From NCBI GenBank assembly GCA_013239625.1, contig MU055574.1, positions 26,569,373-26,633,372 on the forward strand: a stretch of 64,000 nt of DNA. Reading direction: 5' to 3'. Position numbers and translations under genes: made by a program. A model generated the notes under the pieces. That model made no database searches. It was not told the DNA's origin and saw only the letters and a program-made list of their open reading frames with translations. Origin of the DNA: Lama guanicoe. Lineage: Eukaryota. Below are positions 12,190 through 25,073 of this stretch, piece by piece (the first letter of the stretch is position 1; each line of letters opens with the position of its first letter).

Positions 12190-12380
12190 TGAATAACAGC
12201 GATGATCGCAGCGAGCACTTACGCAGCACCTACTGTGTGCCAGACTCAGTTCTAAGAGCTTTAAGCGCATTTCTCAGCTTAGCGCTCACAACTACTCCAG
12301 GAAGCTTTATCCACCCGTAGTTCACCACCAGACTCAGGGGCGGCGAAGGGTCTGTGAGAACCAGGCCCTGCAGCTTGGAA
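12190..12380 (-). mobile_element. MIR SINE fragment
   Basis: cacttacgcagcacctactgtgtgccagactcagttctaagagctttaagc...ctcacaac matches the antisense MIR core and tail. Confidence 0.75.
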
Positions 12381-14044
12381 GGGGCGCACCGGGGCCCAGC
12401 TGGTGTGGCCACGCCCTCTGCCAGCCGGGCTGCCTCGGGGGAGGCGGGGAACCTGGGAGAGGCAGACTTGGAGGAGAAAGACCCCCGCGGGACAGCAGGC
12501 CGGCAGCCGGTAGAAAGTCTGGAAGTCGGGGCCGGCCAGGGCTGGAGCCAGCCAAGCCTGAGAGCCGGGGGCAGGGGGACACGCTTGAAGCCACTGGGCC
12601 GCCCAGAGGAGGGCAGCCCTGGGCCAGACGGGAGCCTGGGAGGGAGGGTGTGAACTCTGACGCCCAGTTCAAGGAGGGGGATGAGTGGAGGGGTGGCCGG
12701 CGGGATTCTCCCGTCTGTGCTGGAGTGACACGGGCTGGGGGAGGGCACTCCCTTGCATCAGGGGACGGCGGACTGTGGGAGTCAGAGGAGAGGTCCTCAG
12801 CTGAGGTTTAGTGGGACCCCAGGGCAAGTGGGGTGTTTGAGAGGAAGGGGAGGGGAGGAAACACTGTCTGGAAGATCAGGGGAGTGATGAGCAGGGTGGC
12901 AGGGAGAGGAGGGCGTGTGGAGAGAGAGCCCGGACCCCCTCCGCCCTCCGTACCTGCTGCACACGCACCTCACGTGACAGTGGGCTGGTGCCCGGGGGCT
13001 CCGAGTCACTCTGCCTTCCGTGTGCGAGCGGGGAAAACCCCCACGGCCCGTGGCACCGCAGGTCGGGCAGCGTCCTGGTGTTGTGATGTGTGCTCCTGAA
13101 TCGCAAGGAGTGGAGACGGATCCTGGACTGGCAAGGTCACATCCACCCCGGAGGGTGTCACCGTCACTACCCCAAGACTCCTTTCACTCAGGCAACTGAA
13201 CACACAAAGGTAAATGTTTCAAGATGCCCCGGAGTCCTTTCTTCTGCTGACTTTTCTGAACTTGTCCTCCCCTGCGTGGGTTCGGAGCCATTCCACCCCG
13301 GGGCAGTCACACATGCGGTTGTTATAAAGACCCCTCAAAACCCAAAATTGTGCTGATCGGTTCTTTTTCTTTTGGTGGCTGTCAGAAAATAACCCATATT
13401 TATTCTGAAATAATGCTTCCTAGCTTTTTGTTCTGTGTAAATACAATTTCTATCTACTGCAGAGAATTAAGCAAACACAGGAGAGAACACGGGGGAAATT
13501 TCGACGACTTCTGCTCCTGCCGCCCAGGGAGAGCCTCTCTGGCATCTGGATGTGTTTCCTTTCAGGTTATTTACACACTTGAGATATTCCGTACACGCAC
13601 TTTCGGGCTCCGGTTTCCCCCGCACGGCGCCGCACTGTGCGCAGACCGCCCCATCCGCGGCCACCCCAGAGTGCAGTGGTCCAGCCCTCTGCTGAATGGC
13701 TGGGTGAGCGCCTGGTTCTTTAGTCCCAGGAGCGCCGCTGCGGCCCAGCCCCGTGCACCTCTGCCAGACCTGATGCTATCCTCTCGAATCCTCAAAGCTT
13801 TATGGAGTCGAAGGTCACAAACTTGAGGTCCTGGCCCCAAAGTCTGGACCCACGATGACCTGCTCAGCTACTCTGCATGATTTTGTAGTTTACTGGGGGT
13901 AAAACATTACAGAAAAAAAAAGTGCTTCATTCTGTGATGTTTGCCCTTGTTTTGAGTGTAGGTTGAGGCTTCTCGAGGCCGCGTGAAGACCAGCAGGGCC
14001 TGCTGAGGTCGGCCTGGAGGCCAGGCTCTCAGGGCGTCTGCGGA

Positions 14045-14255
14045 GGCTCGAGCTGCGTGTCCCCAGAAGTGTGTGAAGTGGGGACCCAGGGCCTCATCTG
14101 GAAACAGGGCCTTTGCAGAGGGAATCAAGTTACGGCGAGCTGGCTAGAGTGGCCCTACCCTGAAATGGCCGGTGTCCCTGTGAACAGGGGACTTGGGCCC
14201 AGACAGGCGCAGGGAGAAGCCACGTGAAGATGGAGGCCAGGTGACACACGACTTC
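14045..14255 (+). mobile_element. MaLR LTR fragment (MLT1-like)
   Basis: gtgtccccagaa...atctggaaacagggcctttgcagagggaatcaagtta...ggtgtccctgt...ccacgtgaagatggaggc. Confidence 0.7.
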
Positions 14256-15689
14256 AGGTGTGTGACAGGTTAGCTGCGCTGGGGCCGGTGGGCCCACCTT
14301 GCTCACGTCTCCACAGCTGCTCCTCAGAGAGTGAAGTTTCAGCAGGTTAAGTTCGTGGGGCGAAGGGAGGAGAGAAATCTCTAGAACTTGTGCCTTTGGG
14401 CTCGAGACAGGCATGAGGCCCCTCGCCCACTCCTGCCCCTGTGCCGGGCACACGCCCCACGTTCCAGCCCCTGGTGGCTGGGCTGCCCTGACAGCCTCCC
14501 TGGCCGGGCTCCCCTGTCCAGCTCCGGGCCCAGGAGTCCAACCTCCTCACCCTCCTCGTGCCGAGTCGACCAGCAGTTTGAGCAAACAGTGACTGGGCTC
14601 CGCGCCGCGTGTGCAGGATCCGCCCCTGGGCTGTGACAGGAGTCCTCCGGGGTGGGAGGGAGGCTTCCAAAGACGCAGCTTAACTGGCAGCTGCCCTCCT
14701 TGTCGAGCTTGTCTTAGAGAGGGGAGAACACCTGCCCGCACGCACCGTGACAATGATGATTCCCGGGCAGGGGCCTTCCAGGCTCTTAGACTCGTCCACC
14801 CAATGATCAGACGCGGCACCGAGTGCATCGTGGCCTCCTTTGTGGGGGCATCTGTGACCCTGCAGTTTGTCGTCCAGAACCTCCCCCAGATGCACAAACA
14901 GAGACGGTTTCAGATCACGTCCCCCCCACAGTGAGGCAGGGCCCCCAGGGCCGAGGGAGGGTCTCTGCTCCTTGCAGGACGGCTCCCTCCACCGCAGGGA
15001 CCGGGATCAGGAGACCCCCTCCGTGGCTGGAGCACTCCTCCGCCCTGAGCGGCCCGTGTGTGGACACGGCGTGTCTCAGAGAGCAGAAAGCGGGCGCTAG
15101 GGGCAGACGCGCCGGGGTCCCGCCGTGCCACGCACGCAGGGAAACACACACACACGACCTGTCGCTTCCAGAGGCAGGAAGGTCCGGAGCATCACCGACA
15201 TCCAGGTGTTTATTACTCGTGCTGCGTCCGTGGCATCAGCTGAGCATGTCACCCGAACGCTCTGAGCCACTTACACAAGCCCCGCGGTTGGTGTCACAGT
15301 CCCACGGGCACACACGCCCCTCTGGTGGGTCACTCCTCCCCTGCTCTTGACGGGCTCACTGTTTGGAACACTTTGGGCCAAATCAAGTGTCCCCTGAAGG
15401 AGGCACGATGGTCCTTTGGTTCCCAGTTCTTGCTCCCTGGTCCATCTGTGTGGAGTGTCCATTCAGAAGGGCTCAACCCTGCTGTCCATCTCTGCCACCT
15501 CTGCCCGTTGCCTGCAGCCTGTGGTTCATGTCTCAGAGGGGACAGGGGACCGGGGGTGTTCTGTTTTTAGCTTGTCTGTCTGTTGTGGACCCTTGAAACC
15601 AATTGCACCCTCAGCAGGGTCTCTGAAGAGTGTCTGTGGAAGCAGTGTCTTCAAAGGGGTGCTGGTGTCGGGCCCCTGGGGGCTGCTCC

Positions 15690-15876
15690 CCACCCGGGGT
15701 GACACTGAGACAGCAGAGCCGGGCTGCAGCCAGGACCTGCCCTCCACCTGGGGTCTCAGTCCTCCCAGGGCAGGGCCAGCTTGAGGGGCAGGGGACACCC
15801 CATCTCCAAATACAGTCACATCCTGAGGTTCTGGGGGTCAGGGCTCTGATGTATGAAGGGGCCATGTTCCGCCCAC
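15690..15876 (-). mobile_element. MaLR LTR fragment (MLT1-like)
   Basis: catctccaaatacagtcacatcctgaggttctgggggtcagggct...tatgaa is the antisense MLT1 5' end. Confidence 0.65.
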
Positions 15877-18839
15877 ATGGGCAGGCACAGATGAGGAGAG
15901 AGCTCAGAGTGCGATGCGGGACTCGCCGTCAGCTGTCCCAGGGCCTTTGAGTCCCCTGCACGGTGCCACGAGGAGCCGCATCTCCCCCAGGACGCACAGC
16001 AGCCGAGGTGACCAGCCTGTCGCCGGCTGCTGCCCGCGGCTCACCAGTGTGGCGGTGACACCGACTCCGAGGGTCTGAGTCCCGGGCCCGCCATTCCCTC
16101 TTCCTGCTGCCGTGTTGTCACCACGGGGCAGGCTCTTCTCAGAGAAGCCGACTGGGGCCTGTGTGCTGCCAGTCGAGGCTTTTGGAGACAATTTTCTTCG
16201 TCAGAACAACAGAATCGTCTGGAACAGTGCGTTCCCCGCCCCCTACAGCTGGACTTGGTCTCCAGAATTGCCCGGGCAGCCGTCCCTCCGGAGCCCTCGG
16301 GGGCGGCAGGCGCCTCTGTGACAGTGTCACCGGTGGCCCAGCTCAGGCAGGCGGTGGAAACGCGGGGCCGCAGCCCGGCCACCTGGGCGCCCTTCTGTTC
16401 CCGTGTGCAGAACACCAGCCTAGCGAGCTGATCGAGTCCCGGGGAGTTGCCCTGCGGAAGTTGCTGCTCCCGTGGCTGGCGGGTCTGCACATGCCAGGCT
16501 CCTCCAGAAGGTGAGTCTTGAACCACCACGTCTCCCCTGTGGACGGTACCACCATTGCCCTGTGTCAGGACCTGAGTTGGAGGCCTGAAGGCGCCCGGCC
16601 AGGGCTTGGGCACCAGGCTGGCTCTCCCTTTGCACTGTGCTGACTCGGGGCAGGGAAGGGACAAAGTCATGTCAGCTTGCTCCCTGGCACCTTGGGGGGG
16701 TTGAGGCACCACCTGGAATCCTGGGGGAAAGGGACTGGCCCGCTTTGCCTGTTGGGGGACCTGTGTGGACACGGGGGTCCTCCGAGAAGCTGGCGCCCAC
16801 CCCAGGTGACCGGCCTGCAGCAGAGGATGCTGGCCGCAGCAGGACCCCTGCCTGCACAGTCGGGCCCCAGAAGGGGGTCCCAGCCCCCATCGGACATGAC
16901 CAGACCCATCGGAGTGGGTCCCTGGTGCACACACAGCCCAGGACATTCCTGTTGCCTGATTAAAGGAATTTTCTTTTGTGAATTAAACCGCACTGCATAA
17001 ACCCCAAATTGTCCCAGTACCAGCCACACATGCAGTTGCTCCCAGAACGCTGGGGGCCACGAGGCCGGGCACAGACCACCCGGGATTTTAGAGCTTCTGT
17101 GCCCCCGTGGGGGGCGCCAGTTCCTGTGTGGGGGGCGGGCGCCCTTCAGAGAATCACGGATGGTTACAAGGACGGCTCCTTCCCTGCTGTTTCCCACAAT
17201 TGCCTTTTGTCAATCCAACATGATTTAAATGGAAAAATCGAACACATCCATTTTGGTCGGCCCTTTTCCCCCTCTCTCTTAATATTTCTTCTCTTGTTTA
17301 CAGTCAGTAAAGGCTGCTTGTGGGCTGTGACCGGGGAGTCGAGGTCCAGCGCACCTGGGGTCCCGGGAGAGGCTGGGTGGGCGGAGGTGGGGGGAGGCCC
17401 TGCAGGAAGCAACCGCTGCTCAGAAATGAAAAGCAGTTGGAACCAAATGGATGCTTCGTGGGGAAGGTAGATGTCCGCCTCTTCTCCTTTTAAAATGATG
17501 CTGCAAGCATCTGTCACCCAAACAGAACTGTCCCATCAGATAGCCTTTCCAACGTTTAAAAAATGGACATCGGAGAGAGACTTGGCTGCCTGGTCTCACT
17601 GTGAGTGGACAGCTCCTCCTGGCTCATGGGAGACCCTGGCCCTCAGTGGGCCCAGTGATCTTGTGAAGGTCATGAGCCCTGGTCCTGACGATGCCCACCA
17701 CCCGGCTCTCAGAGGAAGGAGGCCTCGGGGCGGGCAGGCTCTCGCTCACAGAGCCACGTCATCAGGACGACCTCCCCCAGGATGGGACACATCAGAGAGA
17801 GACCACAGGGCACACCGTGGAAGTACATGTTCTCGTCGAACACGGAACAGTTGTGCTGGGCGCTGGGAGTGGGGCCAGGAGCCCACACGTCCAAATGGGC
17901 TCAGAGGCCCCAGAGGCTGATACTGGGGCTGGGTCTGAAGGATGGGGTGGCAGTGAATAGAAGAGGTTGGGGGTCCACAGACGTGGGGAGGGTCTGTCGA
18001 GGTGGGGGTCTGCAGAATTGGGGGGCGGTCCGCGGCTTCCGTGGGTGAGGGGCTGTGAGGCCGTGGGGGCCGCCCTGGGAGGGCACAGGGTGGGCTTCAC
18101 CTCCAGAGCCGGGAAGGACTGTGGCCGGATTTCCTCGGGTGGGAGGGTGCTGGGGGCCCAGAGGCCCTGGCTCCGCATGGTGACCACGTCCCCCTCCTGT
18201 CCAGGTGGGAGAGGAGGTGAGGGTGGGCTGGAGCAGAACCTCGGAAAGGAGGTGGACAGGATTCGGCGAGAGAGATTTGCTGAGCCACACAAACGCCGGG
18301 GCTGCCATTGCAGTGGTGTTTGCCAGTTTACAGCGCAGAGCTACTTCTAGTCCTAGTTCCTGTGGTTTTCTTTGCCTCTTCTCAGTGTCTGTCTGTCTGT
18401 CTCTGTGTCTCCATGTCTGTCTCTCTCCAACTAAAGGGGGCATTTACTTCTTCCAGGAGTGTGTACAGAACCATCAGTGACTTGCTGCTGGGGGAGGGGT
18501 GGGGAGAGGTGGCCGTTCCTCCATCCTGTGTTTTCAGAAAGGATAAAGCGTGTTGACTCTTCAGCAGGGGCTGACCCCTCCCTCCCAGCACCAGCTGCTG
18601 ACACATAGGGCTGTCTACTGCTGCAAACTGTAACTACGAACGACCCTTAGCGTTTATGGTCCCCTGTGGCCACTGCACAGTTTGGCCCGCACCGTGTCTG
18701 CACCGTGTCTGCACCGTAAGTTGCAGGGCTCCAACAGAGGATCCTGGTCCAGCCACGGCTCTGGGAGGCACTTGGGGCAGGACCCTGGGAGGCCAGTTAG
18801 AAACACAGGGTTCCTCCCCTCCTGCCTCAGAACCTCTAG

Positions 18840-19722
18840 GCATTTTATCAAACTCCAGATACCTGCAGGCACCTTATCTCTTGAGAATCTCTGCCTGGAG
18901 AAGCGGGTGCTCCTTTGGAGCTCTGCCCTGGAGCAGCCCTTCACAACTGCATCCTGTGAGGCTGGGTCCTGGCTCTGTCGGCCGGGACAAGGTGGGGTTA
19001 TCAGAAAGATGTGCTGAAAAGACAGGGGAAAAGGGGGAGCTTAAAACACTCGCACAGAAGCGCTGGAAACTCAGTGGGAGGTGAGCCACTTCCCAGGGCG
19101 TCTGTATGGGGGAGCTGGTCACCCTGCTCGGCAATCTTAGATAAACTTGAAATGAAATACAATAGAATATTTTTGTTGCTGGTGACTAGGTTCCTTCCCC
19201 ATTGCAGAAAGAATTCAGAGATGAGACGTGGAGGTTAAGAAAGTAAAGAAATTAAAATAAATGTCACTTGTTTAGACTTCAGTCTTAACACTGAAGGGAA
19301 ACAATGTCCTGATAACCCGGCTCCCGTGTGCACGGGAGCCCGCCCGTCGCGACGAAGCCGTGCGCCGGTCACCCGGCTGTGCCGGGGCGGTGGGGGAGAA
19401 CAGGCTGAAATCGCCAGTCCCATCAGAAAGGCTCTCCGCTTGTGAAGGAGAACCCCAGCCTCTGCTCGTGCGATAAACATTCCCAGTTACTTGTGTAAAG
19501 ACACGCTGCGGCCGACGACCCACATCACAGGCAGCGATGCCGTGGGAAGGACGTCCTTCTGTTCAGTCAAGGGAGGAAGCAATCCGCGTCCTTCCCTGTG
19601 CACATTTAGAACAAAGCCCACCCATACGCGTGTAGCAAGTCGCCAGCAGCGCCAGGATTTAAAAATCATGCAGGATGAACACAAAGACTTTGGGTCCAGG
19701 GCCTGAAAGTTCTGCCCTGTGG
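18840..19722 (+). pseudogene. RGS-box-like exon remnants (18840-19080, 19208-19233, 19567-19722)
   Basis: AG/GT-bounded segments translate as ...SLENLCLEKRVLLWSSALEQPF..., KEFRDETW, and REEAIRVLPCAHLEQSPPIRV* followed by a frameshift to LKIMQDEHKDF. These echo RGS-box motifs (EN..FW..E.F, A..I...I...P..V, LM..D.Y..F). Confidence 0.45.
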
Positions 19723-19777
19723 GTAAGAGGAGAGGAAAGCAGGTCACTGTCCTCTGTCTCCAGGCGTTACATGGCGT

Positions 19778-20110
19778 TTGCACCCCGGACCCGCTTCCTG
19801 CGACACAACACACAGGCTGGGCGGTTGAGAGCGACACGAAGGTCTGAGCTCAGAGTGCTGCGTTCGCTGCGCGGGCTCCGGGGAGGGCCCCTTCCTGCGC
19901 CGCCCGGCTCCGCCTGCGCCCCCACACAGCCGTCTGCCTCCGCGGGTGTGTGTGTGCTGACCTCCCCTTCCCACGAGAACACCCGTGTGGCTGAGGACAG
20001 CCCCCTACAGCCCTCGTCGTCACCGGGCCGCACCCTCAGAGCCCGATGCCCAGGTCAGGCCCCGTCCCAGGCCCCAGGGTTAGGACGAATACACGTCTTC
20101 TGGGAGCGCG
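19778..20110 (-). mobile_element. MaLR LTR (MLT1-like), strongly GC-shifted
   Basis: acaacacacaggctgggcggttgaga...tctgcctccgcgg...ccccagggttaggac...tcttctggg resembles antisense MLT1. Confidence 0.55.
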
Positions 20111-22407
20111 GAGCCCGCAACGTGCCAGGAGCTCTTGATGCATCCGTTCGTTTATTCCCCACAGCTTCTATGACCCACCCAGGGGGCCAGGTTGGTGAGA
20201 AGAGGAAGTGCCTCCCGGAGCCCTGGGGGCCGAGGCCCGGGGTGTGGCCCTGCCCGGGGCACTCCCGCAGGACGAGCCACCGCGGGAGAAGGGCTCGCGG
20301 CCTCGGCGGAGGGGCTCCTTCCCGTCCGTCAGCAACCGCAGGCCTGCTGAGCCCTCCAGCCCCCAGAACAGGGGCTTGGCTCCAACAACCAGCTTCACAG
20401 GATGTGAGGGCCCAGGGCCTTCCGTCTCCTTCCAGGGCCTCCGTGCCCTCTCTCCCCGTCAGCCAAACCCCGAGCAAAGCACAGCTCCCGCCCCGCTGCT
20501 TTGCATGCAGTCAGTGCATCCTCCTGCCAGAACTCGTGCGTCTTCCGTGCGCTTTCAAGGTTCGAGGAGGGCAGGGGTAGTTGTGTCAGGAACTCCGCAA
20601 GTCCCTGACCCCCTCCTCCACCTCCTTCTCTCCCTCTCACCCCAACCCCAGGAGCCACGCCGTCTCTCCTTCTTCCCAAGCAGAGGTGTCTGCACACACT
20701 CAGAACCCCCGACAGTCCTGCCTTCTGTACCAAGGCACGTTCTGGGCACACCTCCACCTAACGCGGCTCCCATCGGGGAGGAAAGCTCAGATTCCACCGC
20801 CCTCTGTGGGAATGTGTAAGACCCCGCACCGCACCTCACACAGCAGCGGGAAGGCCCCGCAGACAGGAGACTCAGCAGACGTGCTCTCAGGATGACACGA
20901 GAGGCCTAGCCAGGCAGCTGGTCTGAACGGGCAGACGCCCGCTGTGGGGACAGAGAAATCACAGTGGGTGGGAGGGGGACTGGGACTTGAACATAATGCG
21001 GGGGGGCGGGGGGGATAAGTCGTCCAGTGGGTGAAAACCCAGTGAGGACCAGCCTGAACATTTATGACCCCAGGGCATTCCTGACAGGCTGCTTGCTCAG
21101 TATTCCAATCAAATCACATTTGTCTTAACCACAAATATTTTCCAGTCCAGCCTACATTCCACTGAAGACCAGAAGCAAAACTGACGTGGCTGAAGATGAG
21201 TACATCTTGGGAAAAAAATTTTAAAATACATTCATTTTTCCAGTTTTACACCAGAAAGTCATAGGGTGCTTCCTTTGAAAACTCAAAGTCCTCGGAATGG
21301 GAGGGAGATTCAGTGGCTGTCAGATTACCAAGACCGAAGGTCCGCCTCGGTGATCGCAGAGCCAGCCTTGGAGCGAGCAGGTCTCCAGCACACCGTGCCC
21401 CTCCTGGCCTCTCAGAAGCCTCAGACCCCAGGTCTGGGGACACGTCCCCAGCCATGCAGTTCTCAAACGTAACAGGCTGGCCATTAGCATCTGCAGACTC
21501 TGTTCTGAAGCCAAACTACATTTGGATAAAACATTCCAAATTTTCTTTGACCTTAGAATCCCCAAATTTTCTCAGTGCCTTTATTAGTTTTTGTAGTGAT
21601 TTAAAACGCAGCAACACAGCTCATGCAAAGTCCGCGTGGAGCCTGTGCGTCATGGCGCCTGGACCGACCTCGCCTGGTGGGGGCCCAGCTGCCGCGGGCA
21701 GGCCGGGCCAGTGGCTCTCCCGCTGTGGCCGACTTTGTGAAATGGGGTCTTGTCACTGTGAAGACTCTGCAGGTTTTCATACTTTACAGAAAGACAGGGA
21801 AAGTCAAGACGACAAATCCAATAACATGCTGATTCCAGGACTTGTCAAAATCGCCTTTAGAAACAAGTCTAGGTCATCATGAGGAGTTTTCAGTGCGTCA
21901 GGAATCCTGTCAGAAATGGATACGTGGATTTAAGGTTGTGATGAGCGGGTCAGGAAGTTTGGTGGTTACCTGGAGCACGTCTAAGTGGAGGAGACCGTTC
22001 TACCAGGAAAGGGACAGTTAGGTTTTAGAGGGAGCTGGGAACACTTTTCCGGGAAACGTGGTCATGGCCCCAGGCCGGGCAGTGTTCTGAGCTCTTCCTC
22101 TGGAGAGCCTGCAGATTGCCCCGGGGGCAAGAATGGGGCTGCCTTTCACCATCCAGCTTGCAGAACAGAAGCGTGGATCAGAGTCTCTTCTCTACTCGCA
22201 GAACACAGCAGAAACAACCACTGTAACCTTTGCGCTTTGGCAACTAAAAAGACATACGGTCAGTTGAAATAGAGTGCAGAGATGGCAAGCAATGTTTCCT
22301 TAAAGTTGAGATTTCATGGACTCATAACTTTGTAAGAAATTTGAAGACCAACATATGGTTGCCAACTTCACATTTTATATATTTGCCAAGTAACCTTTAT
22401 AAAGAAA

Positions 22408-22413
22408 TTTATT
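22408..22413 (-). terminator. Candidate polyadenylation signal (AATAAA) of the TTC6-like gene
   Basis: tttatt on the plus strand, about 160 nt past the last TPR-like exon. Confidence 0.35.
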
Positions 22414-22508
22414 CCAATTTACAATCATCATTGTTTCATTTTGCAGGGGGGTGGGAGCCAAAAGGAGAAAGAATAGAGTCCAAGCGCTAATGACATTTTT
22501 TTACATTG

Positions 22509-22514
22509 AATAAA
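22509..22514 (+). terminator. Candidate polyadenylation signal (AATAAA) of the plus-strand RGS-like gene
   Basis: aataaa followed by the T/GT-rich tract tttctttgctttgtttcg. Confidence 0.45.
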
Positions 22515-23524
22515 CCTAGCATTTCTTTGCTTTGTTTCGTCACGGATCAATGAAGCTGCCGTGCACTTGTTCACGTCAGTGAATTTGCATTTGGGATGTT
22601 GATGGTGATCCTGGTCTCGCTACTTAGTAACCAGCGTGAACAAGGGTGTGTCACCACGTAACCTGAATGCCTCTGAGTTTGACTTTGGCCCACAGATTTG
22701 GTCTGGAAATTACCTGAAGAAATGCACGTCAGTGTGGGCACACGTGGTAGATCTTCAGAAACGTAGCTCCCCTTCCTCACTCTTGCTTCTCAGAGTGACC
22801 GTGTATCAGCGCCCGCGGCCCCCGTAACGAACACTGAGGGCTGCCCAGCAGCACGATCCCATGTCTGTCGTCCCCAGACCAGCCGTGAGACAGGACGGCA
22901 GGTTCTCCTCCCGCGTTAGGAACTGGGGTTGGAATTTTACAGTTTTGCGCTTTGATCTGGTTAATGGTCTGTAATCATTTTACATTTTGAAAAAAGGAAA
23001 ACCCTCGTGGCTGTTGCTCTGTTACAGCAAATGTTTGCAAGCTTTGTTAGAAGGAGCTTTCCACTTGTATATAATCCGAAAAGAAACGCAGTTTTCTCCT
23101 CTTCCCATAGGCGTGAAGCCTCTGAGACTTTAATCTGGCTTTTCATTCAACCAGGACTCAAATGATCTGGTTCTTCCCTCAGAGTTTGAGCAACTGCTTT
23201 GTAAAACACAGGCTCCTTGTCCACTCTCACAGAAACTCCTTACTTAGGGTAGGAGAGCTGCTTTGCGTTTGAATTTTAATTAAATGGAACACTTACCCAA
23301 TTAATTAAGACTTGTCTCAATCTTAAGAAGACTCACAGAATGATCATCAGTCTAACAATGAACAAATTATTTAATCGTAAATGTCAATAGTCCATTGAAA
23401 AGGAAGGGTGGTGTCAGAGTTAAATATATCATTTCACCTGGACAGTACAGTGTCGCTATGTTTTCTATTTAATCATGCAAACGCTTTTAATCTTCTGAGA
23501 ATAGGAACGTTTAAAAATCACCAG

Positions 23525-23546
23525 AATAAATAAATAAATAAATAAA
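23525..23546. repeat. (AATA)n microsatellite
   Basis: aataaataaataaataaataaa. Confidence 0.9.
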
Positions 23547-24944
23547 TGCAAACAAAGCAGTGTTTTTTCCCAGAAACTAAGTTTACGGGGGCAGGCACTT
23601 GTTTCGCTGTGCGAAGAGCATGGGTGACGTAGTGAATACATCAGCTCCAGTTTTCAACAAGGCAGACCTTCTGTGACAACGGAAGGCGGGCGTCGTGTAG
23701 AATCGAAGGCAGCAGAGGCCCGTCTGCGTGGCGTCCCGCGGTCACAGGGGAAGTAAAGGCTTTTTTTTTTTCACTTTTTTACCGTCTGTGGCTCGTAGGC
23801 TCCCAGCTCCGCCCACCAAGGGGCCAGGAGCACGGCTCCCTGGGTCCACCCACCACACACAGAAAAGCAAACACAGGACACGAGAGTCCCCACCCTGCAC
23901 ATGGCCGCGGGGAGGACACGGCCCCGGGGAGGACACAGCCGCAGGGAGGAGGTTGCTGGTTCTCTGTCGAGCAACATTATCATTTCAGAAAGGACTTTAA
24001 GAGCGGCCTCATGTGCTCTGCAGCGGGTTAGCGAGCTTTGCCGTCCCTGCTTCTCCTTGTGTTTGGGGCTGCGGTTGCAAGCCCTCAAGCATAGCTCCGA
24101 TGGGTCCCTGTGGTCAAGCTGGGAGCTGCGTGAGGACGCCGTCTTTTGTGAGGCGAGACACACTCTTGATCTTGCTACTTTGTGTGTGTTCTCCAGCTGG
24201 CTTGCTTTCAAATGGAAGTGGAAGGAAGACGGGAAACAACCCTTCCTGGTGCAGGAGAGAAGCTCCTGACACAAGCCGAGGACCCCACTGCGGCTCCAGT
24301 GACAAGTCCTGTCCTTTGGCCTGAGGCACCGGGACTCTTAGAACAGGAGGGAGCTCTGCTGCCCTGGCCCCATCTTCCTGGCCCTGCGGGGGGTGGGCTC
24401 CTCCACAGCGTCGTCCCCTGTGCTTCGTTGGCTCCTCTACACACCTGTGACCACGTACTTCATGCACAGACACCACACGCTGTGGTGCACCCACCGCAGA
24501 GCCACAGGGTGTCCCAGGACTGGTCCCCTTGTTCCTTCTCTGTAGCCCAGGTCACAGGGCAAAGGGGAGCTCCTGCGAGTCTCACAAGCGGTCATCATCC
24601 GCACATGACCATGGCCATCCTCCAAACAGGAGGGCTGTTCTCGCTGTCATTGTCCCTCCAGGGACCAAACTGAAGTTCTGAGGGGACACGTGGTGGCCCC
24701 GGCCTCCACTGAGAGCCAGCAAATCCAGCCGCTGGGCTCCCAGCTCGGGAAGCGTCACAGGCACGGAATCCGTCTCGTAGGTCCCGATGGTTTGTCCTCT
24801 GCATTTTCATATGAGAAGAAGAAACTCAAATTTTACCTGGTTTTACTTCCTCCTTTGGGGTGACGTCACTCTGTGCCTGCCTTCCTGTGCCGGGAAGACG
24901 AGAGAGCGTGTGTCCTTCCACCCCAAAGCTGAATCCCTCGGCCT

Positions 24945-25073
24945 GGCCTCCTCCCCCTCCCTTCCTCCCTCCCTCCCTCCCTTCCTTCATTCCTTCCATC
25001 TTTCCTTCTGTCTTTATCCTCCTCCTCCCCCCTTCCTCTTCCCCTCTCCCTCTCTCGCCCTCCCTCTCCCCTT
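24945..25073. repeat. CT-rich polypyrimidine low-complexity tract
   Basis: About 130 nt almost entirely C/T. Confidence 0.9.

Larger units (their letters stand above)
5656..22530 (+). pseudogene. RGS22/RGSL1-like multi-RGS-domain gene, decayed (unitary pseudogene candidate)
   Basis: Splice-bounded remnants at 5656-5775, 5958-6045, 7824-7902, 11137-11265, 13108-13209, 16143-16226, 16411-16510, 17304-17466, 18840-19080, 19208-19233 and 19567-19722, plus a terminal exon from 21244. FEALRTEIHLAEVFGDHILL and LEALPAGFSCFSEYLLNQ resemble the two N-terminal motifs of RGS22/RGSL1 as I recall them. Later RGS-box-like pieces are VYIPNAP, LRKLLLPWL, LENLCLEKRVLLW, KEFR and LKIMQDEHKDF. Multiple stops and frameshifts are present. 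Confidence 0.55.

Noticed and set aside
16041-20819. 301-aa ORFs 16041..16946 (-) and 19675..20580 (+), and the 203-aa ORF 20208..20819
   Set aside because: These are GC-rich shadow ORFs. One runs through an MLT1 remnant and another is antisense to better-supported plus-strand exons.
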